Made by a program: the position numbers and the translations under genes. The notes beneath the pieces were generated by a model. The model had not been told where the DNA came from. It saw nothing but the letters and a program-made list of their open reading frames with translations, and ran no database searches. A DNA stretch of 64,000 nt, taken from positions 7,539-71,538 of IMG/VR virus record IMGVR_UViG_2974520824_000001; one strand, written 5' to 3'. How positions within the stretch are numbered: position 1 is the stretch's first letter; each line of letters starts with the position of its first letter. The DNA is from a virus. Shown here piece after piece: positions 9,901 through 20,235 of the stretch.

Positions 9901-12500
9901 ATGCGCTGAATAAGGCATTCGCTGAAAATCCCGACATCGCGAACGCTCTGCAAGGTTTGGTCGATCAGGCCAACGCGCAGGGTCAGAACATGGGAGTTGC
10001 GTTCGCGCAAGGGCTTTTGACGTCCAACGATCAGGTCAAGGATGCGCTGCTGAAATTGGCGCAACTTGCACCGGACATCTTGGGCAATTCACCGGCGCGA
10101 TATGGTCCGCTTTCCGGTCGCGGCTGGACTTTGTATCGCGGCCAGAAGTTCACTTCGGATTACGCGAAAGGCATTGTCTCCCAAGCGGATTCGGTTAAGT
10201 CTGCTGGCGAGACGATTGCCGGTGGTGCAGCCGATGGATTGGGTAGTGGCCCAAGCGGTCCCGCGCTCACAATGGATGATTCGCTCACACGGACCATCAA
10301 AGACATTCAAGAGCTTTCGGACTTCGGAAAGAAGATTCTTGATTTCGGTAAGCAAATTGCCGACATCGGTTTTGGCGCAGCGAAATTCGCGAACGATTTG
10401 TCCGGTGGACGTTTGTTCCCGAAGTCGTATGTCAAAGACCCGAACTTTGATGCACGGCGGGGAAGCCCCATTGCGCCGTGGAATCCTCAAGGTTGGAATC
10501 CGACGAATCGTTCTGGCGCTCAACAGAATTCGGGCGGTACCGGCCAACAATTGCCGACCGGTCGTGTTGACCCGAATGCAAAGGGTGATGCAGCGGCCAG
10601 CGCATTCATTGCGCAAGCTCAAGCTCGCGGCTGGAATCAAGAGCAAATCCTTGCTGGCTTAGGTGTTTTCAATCAGGAAACCGGATACGCCACAAACCCG
10701 CGAACCAATGACGTTCAGAATCAGAATGGAACTGCCGGTATCACAGGCGGTTTCCAGCAGGATATGTCGTATCGGAAGTACGGCGATCCTCGCGACGTAA
10801 ACAACGCGATTAACGGATTCCTCACTGAATTCGAGAATCGTGGTCAGGGACTTAATGATCCAAACCCCTGGCGGCACGCGGTATCTGATGTCCAAATTCC
10901 GGCCGATGCCGGGGCGGGTGGCTATAACGATTCGGACGGTTCGTATCTCCGAAATCGCCAGCGGCAGCAGGCATTAGACACGTTCAATCGTTTGGCCGGT
11001 GGCGCTTCAAACGATCTGTATTCTGCGGCGAACACAAATCCCGCGTTGACCGATGCTGTCAGTAGCGTTGTCTCGTCTGTCGATGATGCACTTCTTTCGC
11101 GAATTCCTAAGGGAGAGTACGTAACTCCCGACGAAGGAAAAGACTTCGATCTTTCCAAGGGATTGGCTGATTGCTCTAGTGCAATCGAAGATTTGTATAA
11201 CGAAATGAAAGGCATTCCGACATCGGGCCGTTCACTCAGTACCGGCAACGCTGCGGATTGGCTCACTGAAAGAGGCTTTCTGCCAACGGAATCCGTTGTG
11301 CAGGGCGCATTTAACGTCGCATTCAATTCGGGCCATATGCAGGCGACGCTTCCCGGTGGCACAAACTTCAACTGGGGATCGGATTCCGCTGCGCAGCAAG
11401 GTGGCCGGACGAGCCAGGGAGCCTACGATCCCTCGCTGACCCAACGGTTCTACCTGCCGGTGGGTGCCGATGGCTCTCTGGGGCAGCCAGGGGGCAGTAC
11501 GGGCCTGCCCGTCACGCTGACCGGACCCGATCGCGGCCAACTGAGCCAAATCGCCGGTGCCACTTCAACTCTCGGAACGATGCCTGCGAAATTGCAGGAA
11601 TTGGTTGCCGGTGATCCATTGTTGCAAGGTGCGCTCACGAATCAGGCTGCGCTGACACAAGATTCGGTCGTTCCTGTTCTGCAACATATGGATGGTCTGA
11701 TTGCAGATTACTCAAAGACGAACACGCCTGAAAACAAGGCGATGGCAAGCTCTTTGAGCGACATGAAGCAGAATCTCCAAAACCGCTTTGGATTGCAAGA
11801 GGGTCCAACGGGATTGGATCAAGCACAAACGATGGTCAACGGCGTTTCGGGTATCGCATCCGATGCGTTCGCACTTTTCGATCAGGGCTTGAAAACCATT
11901 GCGGCAACACAAGATATCGCCGATACGCTCGTTCGCGGTGTGGCAAACACAAAGGACGTGAACCGGCTGATCGATGATGCACAGGAATTCGTTACGCTGT
12001 TCCAAAAGGGATTCCAATTGGCAAGTAGCGTAACAGGATTCGCGTCTCAAATCGCCGGGGCATCTGGCGGCATGGATATGGGAGCGGGTGGAGCTTTGGG
12101 TGCAGCAAGTGCGTTGACCGGCATGATTTCTCAAGCTCTCGCGGCGGTCAACACGGCAATCGATATCGGACAACAGGCGTACCAAATCACCATGAAGTAC
12201 GTTGGTCGATTCCTCACGAATTGGCTTGGGCTGCCTGGTGCTACGGACGCGAATTTCCTACTCGACACGATGACCGGACAACTCAAGGCGTACACCAGCG
12301 AAAACCCCGAAAACAAGAGCACGATGAATGTCTTCGGTCGCGAAGCTGGATTGGAAAGCGGACGTTACACCGAAAGGCAAGCTCCGACAAACATTTTGAC
12401 GATCTATCAGGGACCGGGGCAAGACCCGCGTGATACGATGAATGATGCAATGTTTGCCGTAAGGGCAAGTGGCGTAGGAGCTTTCGGGTATGCCGATTAA
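6912..12500 (+). CDS. tail tape measure protein
   Basis: 1862-aa ORF; Ala/Gln/coiled-coil-rich; Pro-rich linker (PPPAPPAPPPPTAPSP); position after chaperone pair. Confidence 0.85.
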   Translation: MTEPFGGGAGPTNLGTTVGRVRIDYESNSARAVRDAERFQDTLVGVGASAQSSARQVGSAVQQINNFAAQTARVSSRIKNPTEGLGKGVAAEVNKAQDSLRALERQIEKQTGKAVKLKGAVNFTPTDVKIDKGAITQALDLFQRNFNQPLKLSASVQLTATDVQIDKRAIETAIEGLSLDRIVLRTPVHIEPTEVTVNRDRLQSAVNSGGPVNVSGQSAQQQGGGSGAGAGALAGSLARGGLGMAARVAAPLAAAGAVGSVLTAGFSRLEAIDQATTKLQALGKTEQEITAISKTALNTVQDTAFGLDESFSAATNAISSGIQPGQQLNDYMSALASTAALANTSMTDLGDAFSTAAVQGKLTGDVMDMLYSRQVPVLQLLADEYDTTQQHAQEMVSNGEVSFDRFIHAMNQNADAAKIMGNTVQGSFQNLLASVKRIGAGFLAPLFQRDASGASTLSNIIQGLTNRLKAFEGFMTEHKDTIVDVYRVAGKAVLLWADTVMTAIGWVLEGIGKLIEGIGHVPSAFAGIADFFGAHGVADNLRRYSDNMTNWGTATFEAGQKVFTFQGTLDQAYAALEHWSDEAKKGKTSTGELGDSAEKAAPQAISLKDALEALKIQADQAEDAIKGSNEQFEKFIDQVKEKGGTQDLIDTLTKIRQGYENGGRAVDEFAEAIENFGDKTIDADSRAKEFIRTLQNLGQVPNDDALIRYNQTVEDAIGYQSNLVDYLDTTGDALVKNGGQLDLNSKNARTLSTEISKLVQESTSLVASGQASPDEAYEHTSQVLRQLLQNFGIMGQSADSVIEKYFPRDAFQNALKQTDPKGALEQIFADDPAELESKLKLLTTTQDILGQIVGADGQLHVPTVLDVDKSQLPTNTPPPAPPAPPPPTAPSPNGRGPSGIPLPPQGSHPKQGASPFVGPVAPGDPNFYQMPDGKVYRKSDIQEPLTNPNPIPGAPTPLPNNTIQPTDLGGLLGAPGSNYELSDAQRKSFLDLANNKDALNKAFAENPDIANALQGLVDQANAQGQNMGVAFAQGLLTSNDQVKDALLKLAQLAPDILGNSPARYGPLSGRGWTLYRGQKFTSDYAKGIVSQADSVKSAGETIAGGAADGLGSGPSGPALTMDDSLTRTIKDIQELSDFGKKILDFGKQIADIGFGAAKFANDLSGGRLFPKSYVKDPNFDARRGSPIAPWNPQGWNPTNRSGAQQNSGGTGQQLPTGRVDPNAKGDAAASAFIAQAQARGWNQEQILAGLGVFNQETGYATNPRTNDVQNQNGTAGITGGFQQDMSYRKYGDPRDVNNAINGFLTEFENRGQGLNDPNPWRHAVSDVQIPADAGAGGYNDSDGSYLRNRQRQQALDTFNRLAGGASNDLYSAANTNPALTDAVSSVVSSVDDALLSRIPKGEYVTPDEGKDFDLSKGLADCSSAIEDLYNEMKGIPTSGRSLSTGNAADWLTERGFLPTESVVQGAFNVAFNSGHMQATLPGGTNFNWGSDSAAQQGGRTSQGAYDPSLTQRFYLPVGADGSLGQPGGSTGLPVTLTGPDRGQLSQIAGATSTLGTMPAKLQELVAGDPLLQGALTNQAALTQDSVVPVLQHMDGLIADYSKTNTPENKAMASSLSDMKQNLQNRFGLQEGPTGLDQAQTMVNGVSGIASDAFALFDQGLKTIAATQDIADTLVRGVANTKDVNRLIDDAQEFVTLFQKGFQLASSVTGFASQIAGASGGMDMGAGGALGAASALTGMISQALAAVNTAIDIGQQAYQITMKYVGRFLTNWLGLPGATDANFLLDTMTGQLKAYTSENPENKSTMNVFGREAGLESGRYTERQAPTNILTIYQGPGQDPRDTMNDAMFAVRASGVGAFGYAD

Positions 12501-13365
12501 TAAGAACCTTGAGCCAGGCCAGTACCAAATTGGTGATCTGGTCATGGGTCCGTTCACTCCATTCGCGATTGAATCAATCGACATCGGAAACTACGATGTG
12601 AATTCGCAAGATACGCAATCGATGATGAGCGACGAAATCCGTTTCGGCCAAGACACTTTCAAGCCGAGTCCGTTGCAACTCACGATCAACGTTCAAGTGA
12701 ATCGAATGGTCGAGAACGTCGCGGCCATGATGGCTAGCGTTCCACAATTGAACTTCGCAGACGACCCGAATCTCCATGACCTGCAACGGGAATGGCGCGC
12801 ACCGGAAACACTCAAGGAGTGGGGCGCGATCAAACCTTTGCTGTTTTGTGGTGGCGACGGCATTACGCGCCAATTCTATGGTCGCCCTGGGAAATTCACT
12901 TACAAAAAGCACCGCCAGGCGGGGAGTCTGTTCTACCAATGCCAAGCGGAGTTCAGGCGGTCGGATACGTTCGCGTATTCAGATAAAGAGTTCTACGTTG
13001 ACTTCGCACCGAATGTGCCTCAAACTCTAACGCGCACAATAGGAACCGCGCCAAGTTGGGTTCGATTCTTCATCGTCGGTCCTGCGAATCATCCCGTAAT
13101 CAACTGGGGCACAAAGCAAATCGAACTGGACTGGAATGTTGAAGCCGGTCAGATTGTAGAGATTTCATCGTACCCTTGGCAGCGCAGAGTCGTTGATAAC
13201 ACAGGACTTTCGCTCGCTGCAAGGATCGTGACTGACCGACCGTATCTTGATTCGATTTACTTCAATGACCATGAGCCGAAGTTGATTTCGTGGACGGCTA
13301 CCGGAACCAACGCCGTGTCGAAAATGCGCGTTTTGTGGCATGACGGTTGGCAGGTGATGGACTGA
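12490..13365 (+). CDS. minor tail protein (distal-tail-protein position)
   Basis: 291-aa ORF overlapping tape measure end by 11 nt; synteny. Confidence 0.5.
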   Translation: MPINKNLEPGQYQIGDLVMGPFTPFAIESIDIGNYDVNSQDTQSMMSDEIRFGQDTFKPSPLQLTINVQVNRMVENVAAMMASVPQLNFADDPNLHDLQREWRAPETLKEWGAIKPLLFCGGDGITRQFYGRPGKFTYKKHRQAGSLFYQCQAEFRRSDTFAYSDKEFYVDFAPNVPQTLTRTIGTAPSWVRFFIVGPANHPVINWGTKQIELDWNVEAGQIVEISSYPWQRRVVDNTGLSLAARIVTDRPYLDSIYFNDHEPKLISWTATGTNAVSKMRVLWHDGWQVMD

Positions 13366-15401
13366 TGGCAACCCTTGAGCTGGTAGGGAATTGGACGCCA
13401 TACGCATCGGGAAGCCGTGCGGCACAAGACAAACGGTCACCGATGGTTGCGGTCGGTGGCGGCATTGTTTTGAAGCCGAAGCTCACCCTTCAAATCAACT
13501 CCGATGCCCTTTTAGCCACAGGCGATTTCGAGGGGATTGTTCCCCCGCCGTGGATGGCGAGCGCATTGCCTTCGCAGTTCTCTTGGGCTACCGACCAAAA
13601 GCATTCTGGCACAAGGTCTTTGAAGTTAGGCGCTCATTCCGCAGGTAGCACGATTGGACCGGCCAGCGTAAAGATTCCGGTTCAGTCAACAGATCGATTC
13701 CGCGCAGGACTTTGGGCTAGGCGTGATTCCGCTTACGCTTCAACGGATTCCAAGATGCGGATTTACGATGCGACTGCGGGATCGGCGCTTATTGCAACTG
13801 TCGATTACACCGGCGCTTCTACTGTGCCGCAAGTGGATACGTGGACTCAACGCACATCGGGAATTTGGGGACCGCCCGCAGGCTGTAATGAAATCGCATT
13901 TCGATTGCAGCGCAACGGAACTACTGGCACTGTTTGGGTTGATGATGTAGTTCTTGAGCAATACTACACTGCGGTAACACAATTGGTGGAATTCCACATC
14001 ATCGCGTTCGGGCCGAGCGGTGAAGTGCTCAGCGATACAACTCTCGGAACTTATTCGGCTGCCGCGAATACTGTTGGTACAACTGCCAATTCGGTCGTAC
14101 TTGGCGGTAACGATTATACGGTGCCGAAATACACGAAGAATGTTCAACTCTCCGTTAGGGTTTCGGACAAATTCAACTTCGGTACCATTTCGATGCAGCC
14201 GTCGTTGACGATGACCGCACAGGATCATGACGCGAAGACGTACTATGACCGATTCCATTATTGGGTTCAGGACATTCACGGCAATTGGCTCACGAAAGAC
14301 CTTGTGGGGCAAGATGCTTCGTTGATGCGAGTTCTGAGCGGGCCTGCACAGCTTGAGCTTAAGATTCATCCGAAAGACCCGTCGGTTCAAATGCCGGGCG
14401 AAGACGGCCCAATTCAATTCAAGCCGTGGGGTCATATCGTTCACGCGATGAAAGAAGACCTGAATGGCAATGAGGTTCCGTGGATTTCGACCATCGTCCA
14501 GCCGTCAGACGTTGATCCCCAAACAGGCGTCTTATCCCTACGGGGACAAGGCTTTTCGGGATATGCCAACGGAATCCCTTGGCTACAGAACTGGAATCCT
14601 ATTTCGGTCGATCCTTTTGAAGTCATTTGGCGCATTTGGCAACACATTCAGTCGTATCCTCAAGGCGACCTTGGGGTTACGGTCTACCCTACCGTCTCGG
14701 GCACGCAGATGCTTCCGGGCTTTTCGTTTGAAAACGAAGAATTCGTTCAAAACTTCTTCGCCATCTTCATCCGAGCCGTTGACCGAAACGATTGTGGAGA
14801 CTATATCAACAAGCTTGCTAGAGATATTCCAATAGACTACTTTGAGGAATCGGTCTTCAACGCGGCAACTAACAAGATAGACAAGAAGATTCGGCTCGCC
14901 TATCCGCAGGGCGGCGTTGACCAAACCGATTTGATCTTTCGGCTTGGCGAAAACGTAAGTGCCGCAACGCCAAAGCAAGAGACTGAAATCAACTGGTTCT
15001 CGGACATCACAATCAAGGGCTATTTTCCTGGAAAGGAATACAGCGCAACGATTTCCAATGCCGATACCGACCGTTTGCGCCGCGTGATGGATGAGCAGGA
15101 TTTGCACGTTGATTCAAACGAGCGCGCTGCGGCATGGGGTCGAAGGAGGTTGACGCGCAGGCAGATTCCGTACTACTTTGAGTCCATCGTCGTGGACCCG
15201 TACCACCCGAACGCGCCATTTGGTTCATTCGATGTTGGCGACCTGATTCGTTATCAGGGACCGATGCATTGGAAAGGCAATATCGACCAAAAGCATAAGG
15301 TCATGATGATGGGTTGGGATGAAGCCAAGGGCCAAATGGAGCTAAAGACTATGGCAGAGGGCGCGTTTAACTACGATCCAATCGTGTACGGTGCCGGATG
15401 A
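13347..15401 (+). CDS. minor tail protein
   Basis: 684-aa ORF overlapping neighbours; synteny. Confidence 0.5.
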   Translation: MAGDGLMATLELVGNWTPYASGSRAAQDKRSPMVAVGGGIVLKPKLTLQINSDALLATGDFEGIVPPPWMASALPSQFSWATDQKHSGTRSLKLGAHSAGSTIGPASVKIPVQSTDRFRAGLWARRDSAYASTDSKMRIYDATAGSALIATVDYTGASTVPQVDTWTQRTSGIWGPPAGCNEIAFRLQRNGTTGTVWVDDVVLEQYYTAVTQLVEFHIIAFGPSGEVLSDTTLGTYSAAANTVGTTANSVVLGGNDYTVPKYTKNVQLSVRVSDKFNFGTISMQPSLTMTAQDHDAKTYYDRFHYWVQDIHGNWLTKDLVGQDASLMRVLSGPAQLELKIHPKDPSVQMPGEDGPIQFKPWGHIVHAMKEDLNGNEVPWISTIVQPSDVDPQTGVLSLRGQGFSGYANGIPWLQNWNPISVDPFEVIWRIWQHIQSYPQGDLGVTVYPTVSGTQMLPGFSFENEEFVQNFFAIFIRAVDRNDCGDYINKLARDIPIDYFEESVFNAATNKIDKKIRLAYPQGGVDQTDLIFRLGENVSAATPKQETEINWFSDITIKGYFPGKEYSATISNADTDRLRRVMDEQDLHVDSNERAAAWGRRRLTRRQIPYYFESIVVDPYHPNAPFGSFDVGDLIRYQGPMHWKGNIDQKHKVMMMGWDEAKGQMELKTMAEGAFNYDPIVYGAG

Positions 15402-18400
15402 CCGCATTCCTATCGCCTGCTGGAATCGGTGCTCCCGCAAGCACTTCCACAGATACGCGAGCACTCAAGGCAATTAATTCGCGTAACCTGAGCTATGCCA
15501 ATAAAGACTTCGTCAAAAACATGGCGTGGCTTAATAGTTCAGTCGATACTCTGTCGCAGTGGTCGCAGAAATTGCAGGCCGGTGTTGACTCCGCGAATCA
15601 GAATGCGATTGAACAGATTCAGGGATTCGCCGCTGATCTGTTCGTTCTCTTTGCGGGACTTGAACCTACCGGCGTTGATATCGGTGACCTCAAATACGTA
15701 ATCCAAGGAATCGGAGCACTTCTCGGGATCAATCCCGACACTCCGTTCCCGATGAATCTGCTTGAAGCGGCAGGCCATCTTTTCAGCACGTATATCATTC
15801 CGCTGCCTCAGTTTTCGGACGTAATTTTTGACGCAATCGATGCGTGGGCTGTCGATCTTGGATTGTCGCCTGAATTCATTCAGGCCATGCACGATTTGCA
15901 AGACGCGATTGAGGCTCTGGGAGAGAACTTTTCAGACCTCTTTAATTCAATTGGCCAACTTCTAGAGGTCTTCGGTCCCGACTTCGGTCCTGTCGGGCAA
16001 CTCTGGAATGCCTTGATGGACTTGCTAGATGGAGTGGACACTGGCGCATTGAAGCCAGTGATTTCACTTCTCGCAGACTTAGGTATTCCCTTCATTCAGG
16101 CTTTGACCGCAATTGTCAACGCGGGCAACGCTTTTCTCGACCCCCTCGGAACAATCGCCGGTTCGCAGATTGCGAGCCTTGGGCAGAACATCGTTCCGAA
16201 AGTCAGTGCAGATACGACGGTTTGGTCGGTCGGATCAAACAACGTCAACGCTTGGGTTCTGGACGCGGCCCAAAGTGCTTCTGGCACAGACGGTTCCTTT
16301 ACCACTCTTGGAAACGGCCAAGCCAAACGGATTCTCACGCAGAAGACGTTCCAATGCAAGACCGGTCAGAAGTTCACCGTAAAGGGTTCGCTTCGCTGGA
16401 ACGGAATCCCAACGGGCACAACCGAATTCGGCGCAATCATCGTTTGGTATTCCGATGCCAACGAGGTCAGCACCACGACGTTGAATATCCCTGCGGGACA
16501 TGGCGCTACGGGCGGCTGGACTCAATCGATCAGCTACACCGATGTCACGGTGCCAAACAACGTCAATGGCTTCAAAATTGGTGCGCGCGTTGGGACTACG
16601 GTCACAACCGGCCAAGTGTGGGCCGACGATCTTTCGATGCAATTGCAGGGAACCATCGATCAGGGATTGATCGCGGGCCTGACCCAAACCCTTTCCAATT
16701 TCCTGAATTTCGACTTCTTTGACGACATCATCGGCTCTCCCGGTCAGACGCCGGAATCCGTTGCAGATTGGTTCCTTTCGTTCCTCACTGAGAATTCACC
16801 GATTCCAGGGCTGAACATCATCGGGTCAATCCCCGGTCGTCTTCTGCAAAACATCGGCATTGGCTCAATCGGTGGAACCGCACCAAACCTGTTGGAAAAT
16901 CCAGGGTTTGACACTGCGGTTGCTCTTGATGGCGAAGGCATTTGGACGTGGGACGGAACCATTGGCCGATCCGCTCCACTTGGCAGCGCAAAGGTAATGG
17001 GCACAGGGGTTTTCAAAGAGCTACAGACGAAGACTCCAATTCAAGTCGATCAGGGCCAAAAGCTCAATCTCTCCGGTTGGGTGACGTGGACTGGACTTGG
17101 CGGCTACGCGAGTAACCCTATCGCCCTTGGCATTTCGACCTACTCAGACATCTATGGTCAGAATCTCGTTGCGAGCGTTGAAATCGGTAATGCCGTAGGC
17201 GGTGCCGGTGCGAATAGCGGATTTGTTCAGGTCAGCGGTCAGTACCAAATTCCTGTCGGCGTGGCTAGCGTGCGAGTTCGCTTGATACTCAAGGCAACTG
17301 CCACGGCGGGGCAAGTGAACTTCGATGACCTCTATCTCGGAAAGGTTCAGCTTCTCAACTGGAATTTGGTTGATGGCCTTAACGATGCGTGGCAAGGTCT
17401 GTTGGATACGCTCGGTGGTGGAATCGGTTCCGTCATTGAAGACATCGGGAATCGCCTGTTTGCGTTGAATCCTGATGGGACACTTGATGCTTCGCAGCTT
17501 GCGAACATGCTCAACATTCCGGCCATTAACCCGTTGAAGGTTCTCGGGATCAGCGCGCCGACAATCGTTGATACGTTCCGAAACACGTTGGAACAGTTGT
17601 GGGGTGGACTCGCGAGAAGCCTTGACTACGATGGTAAGTCATTGGCTGACGTTGCAAGCCAAGCGAATAACACGTCCGAAACTGCCGACACCGCACTGCA
17701 AGTCGGTGAATGGAACAACGCGCTTCTCGGTCTGCGAAATAACAAGTCGCTCTTTGAAGGTATGGACGAAACTGAGGAATCCAATTTCACGATGGATTCC
17801 ATGATGATTGCGGGTCAAGCCGATCCACCGATCATCAACGCGACTGCGGCATCTTCGCCTGGATCTATTTGGCGCGCAAAGGAAACCGCGAAGAAAGGTT
17901 TCATTTCGTATTGGGGTCGTGGCATCACCAATGTCACCGGCCTGTACTTGGACATTTACAAGTTCAACACCGCAACGCAAACTTTGGCTCTAATGCATAC
18001 CTCTCCCAACCAAATTGGTGTGCATACTGCCAACTGGGGATTGAACGTCTATTATCTTCCAGCAGAGGCCCGATTCGATGTTGCCTCAGGCGATGTCGTT
18101 TTGGTCTGCTGGCGCGTAACCGGTACTGGCACTTTCCAATTGGCCGGTATCCAATCTCCTTGGATGACAAACCATCCCACGGTAATTCCGCGTCGGCCCG
18201 CTGTCGCGCTACCTTCCGGTGGTCCATTCAACGGTGTTGCTTTGAGTGCTCTAGATTCCTACTACTCCAACAACATTCCGTGGTTTGGTATCGGAATTGC
18301 AACCGGCGACGTTCCTCCCCCGTACTATGCGCCGCGACAAACGCAGCTAACCCAAACGGGACAATGGATTACGTGGCCGATTCCGACATGGGCCAATTTC

Positions 18401-18904
18401 GTTGACGTTGTTCTCGCGTCCGGTGCTGGCGGTGGTCACGGTGGCGACGGCGGTTTCGGCAACTCTGGTCAAGGTGGCAAAAGAGGCAACTGGGGAACTG
18501 AAACTCTACAGCGCGGAGTTGACTTCCCTAGCAACGCAACTCAACTTCAATTCTTCATTGGCGTTGGTGGAACCGCTGGCGCTAAAGAATCAAATGGTGG
18601 AAACGGTCAAGCTTCTGCTCGCGCTGCGATTACTGGTGGTAAAGCACAACTTACAGTGGCCGGTGGTCTTGGAGCGACCGGATACGACAACAACGGTTCA
18701 AACGGTGAATCGTTGCCAAACCTTGATTATCTTGGCGTTCCGTACACTGGTGGTTTGGGTGCGGCATACAATGGCGGCGATGGTGAAGCCGGTCAATCAC
18801 CCGGTGGTGGTGGCGGTGGCGGTCAAGGTGGCGTGTATACCGTTGCGTGGCCTGGTGGTAAAGGCGGCGATGGACGCGGATTCGTTACAGCGAGGCAATC
18901 GTGA
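15398..18904 (+). CDS. minor tail protein with Gly-rich C-terminal module
   Basis: 1168 aa; C-terminus GAGGGHGGDGGFGNSGQGGKRGNWG...GGGGGGGQGG; paralogous to C-terminus of next gene. Confidence 0.6.
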   Translation: MTAFLSPAGIGAPASTSTDTRALKAINSRNLSYANKDFVKNMAWLNSSVDTLSQWSQKLQAGVDSANQNAIEQIQGFAADLFVLFAGLEPTGVDIGDLKYVIQGIGALLGINPDTPFPMNLLEAAGHLFSTYIIPLPQFSDVIFDAIDAWAVDLGLSPEFIQAMHDLQDAIEALGENFSDLFNSIGQLLEVFGPDFGPVGQLWNALMDLLDGVDTGALKPVISLLADLGIPFIQALTAIVNAGNAFLDPLGTIAGSQIASLGQNIVPKVSADTTVWSVGSNNVNAWVLDAAQSASGTDGSFTTLGNGQAKRILTQKTFQCKTGQKFTVKGSLRWNGIPTGTTEFGAIIVWYSDANEVSTTTLNIPAGHGATGGWTQSISYTDVTVPNNVNGFKIGARVGTTVTTGQVWADDLSMQLQGTIDQGLIAGLTQTLSNFLNFDFFDDIIGSPGQTPESVADWFLSFLTENSPIPGLNIIGSIPGRLLQNIGIGSIGGTAPNLLENPGFDTAVALDGEGIWTWDGTIGRSAPLGSAKVMGTGVFKELQTKTPIQVDQGQKLNLSGWVTWTGLGGYASNPIALGISTYSDIYGQNLVASVEIGNAVGGAGANSGFVQVSGQYQIPVGVASVRVRLILKATATAGQVNFDDLYLGKVQLLNWNLVDGLNDAWQGLLDTLGGGIGSVIEDIGNRLFALNPDGTLDASQLANMLNIPAINPLKVLGISAPTIVDTFRNTLEQLWGGLARSLDYDGKSLADVASQANNTSETADTALQVGEWNNALLGLRNNKSLFEGMDETEESNFTMDSMMIAGQADPPIINATAASSPGSIWRAKETAKKGFISYWGRGITNVTGLYLDIYKFNTATQTLALMHTSPNQIGVHTANWGLNVYYLPAEARFDVASGDVVLVCWRVTGTGTFQLAGIQSPWMTNHPTVIPRRPAVALPSGGPFNGVALSALDSYYSNNIPWFGIGIATGDVPPPYYAPRQTQLTQTGQWITWPIPTWANFVDVVLASGAGGGHGGDGGFGNSGQGGKRGNWGTETLQRGVDFPSNATQLQFFIGVGGTAGAKESNGGNGQASARAAITGGKAQLTVAGGLGATGYDNNGSNGESLPNLDYLGVPYTGGLGAAYNGGDGEAGQSPGGGGGGGQGGVYTVAWPGGKGGDGRGFVTARQS

Positions 18905-20220
18905 GTTGGGGTATCAATCCTTCAATTACGCTGCCTAAGCCAGTAAAGGGATGGGCGGTCAATCCTCCTGCGCCACAACTGGATTCGACAACCGGATGGT
19001 TTGCGATCCAATACATTCTGGCTCAAGCTAGCACGCTCGGAATTTCACCGGCTGCATACTTGATCGCAATTGCTAACGGGCAGGCCACTTCTCCGGTAAT
19101 TTCCCCCGCCGTAGCGTTGAGAGTGATTGCGACAGCTAGGGCTACTGCTCCGAATATCACTGCGGCAGGCCAACTTTCGATGGTGGCAAATGCCATCGCT
19201 GATACGCTCGGGATCAATCCGGCTGTTGTCGCGACGGTGATCGGAAACGCTGCCAGCGATCCAATCGGAATCGCAAGCGCGGCAGCAACTTTGATCGCAA
19301 TTGCCGATGCGCCTGCCGATCCGGTCATCATCAATCCGGCTGGAAACGCTAGCAACTTCAACCTGGGAACCGTTGCAGGACAAGCAGATTCGCCCAACAT
19401 TCTGCCTGCGGCCCTGGTCAACGTGCTGGCAACCGCTGTCGCACAGGCGATTTCGATTGCAAACGCTAGCGCAGCCGCGTCGGTCATTTCTGCTGCGATG
19501 GCCGATCCGCTCGCTTTGGCCGACGCCTACGGTGTGGGTTCTGTTGTCTCCCTTGCCAATTCAGACGCTCCGACAATCAGCCCCTGGTCTGATGGCATCG
19601 TAATCGCTTCTGCCCCAACACTTTCGCCAACTCCATCACCGACCGCATCGGGCGCATTTCCGGCTTTCGCGTCAACAAACCAAACCCTAACTGCCACAGG
19701 GTATTTAATCATTCCCTATTGGTGTCGCTACATTGACCTCATCGTAATCAGCGGCGGGGCAGGCGGTCACGGTGGCAATGGTGGTAACGGCCAAGACGGT
19801 ATGGGTGGAAATCCCGGTAACTGGAATGCCATCACGATTGAGCGTGGAGTCCATATCCCTTGGGCCTCAACGCAATTGTATTCAGTTGTCGGTGCTGGCG
19901 GTGCTGGAACTGCGAGCCGCGAACAAAACGGTGGCCCTGGTGGTGATGCCTACGTTTACGATCAATCGAATAACGTGCTGCTCTATGCCGTCGGTGGACA
20001 ACCGAGGAATGGGTATACCTCAGGCGGTGCCGGAATCAGTGCTCCCGCATACACTTTCAACGGAATCACCTACCCTGGTGGTACTGGTGGCGCGTTGAAC
20101 AATCCCGGCAATCCCGCTGGCGGTGGCGGTGGTGGTGGTTATGGTGGTTTCTTCACCAGTGCAGGAAAAGGATATCCCGGTGCTCGCGGCCAAACATGGT
20201 CCGTTTACCGTCAATCATAA
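18901..20220 (+). CDS. minor tail protein with Ala-rich repeats and Gly-rich C-terminal module
   Basis: 439 aa; ATGA overlap upstream; C-terminus GGAGGHGGNGGNGQDGMGGNPGNWN...GGGGGGGYGG mirrors previous gene. Confidence 0.55.
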   Translation: MSWGINPSITLPKPVKGWAVNPPAPQLDSTTGWFAIQYILAQASTLGISPAAYLIAIANGQATSPVISPAVALRVIATARATAPNITAAGQLSMVANAIADTLGINPAVVATVIGNAASDPIGIASAAATLIAIADAPADPVIINPAGNASNFNLGTVAGQADSPNILPAALVNVLATAVAQAISIANASAAASVISAAMADPLALADAYGVGSVVSLANSDAPTISPWSDGIVIASAPTLSPTPSPTASGAFPAFASTNQTLTATGYLIIPYWCRYIDLIVISGGAGGHGGNGGNGQDGMGGNPGNWNAITIERGVHIPWASTQLYSVVGAGGAGTASREQNGGPGGDAYVYDQSNNVLLYAVGGQPRNGYTSGGAGISAPAYTFNGITYPGGTGGALNNPGNPAGGGGGGGYGGFFTSAGKGYPGARGQTWSVYRQS

Positions 20221-20235
20221 AGGGAGGCAAGGAAA

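Noticed and set aside
10600-10900. Possible embedded cell-wall hydrolase or Rpf-like motif inside the tape measure protein (FIAQAQARGWNQEQILAGLGVFNQETGY...)
   Set aside because: No catalytic signature I can recognise with confidence (no SLT E-S/GLMQ, no M23 HxH, no CHAP Cys). I left it as unverified.
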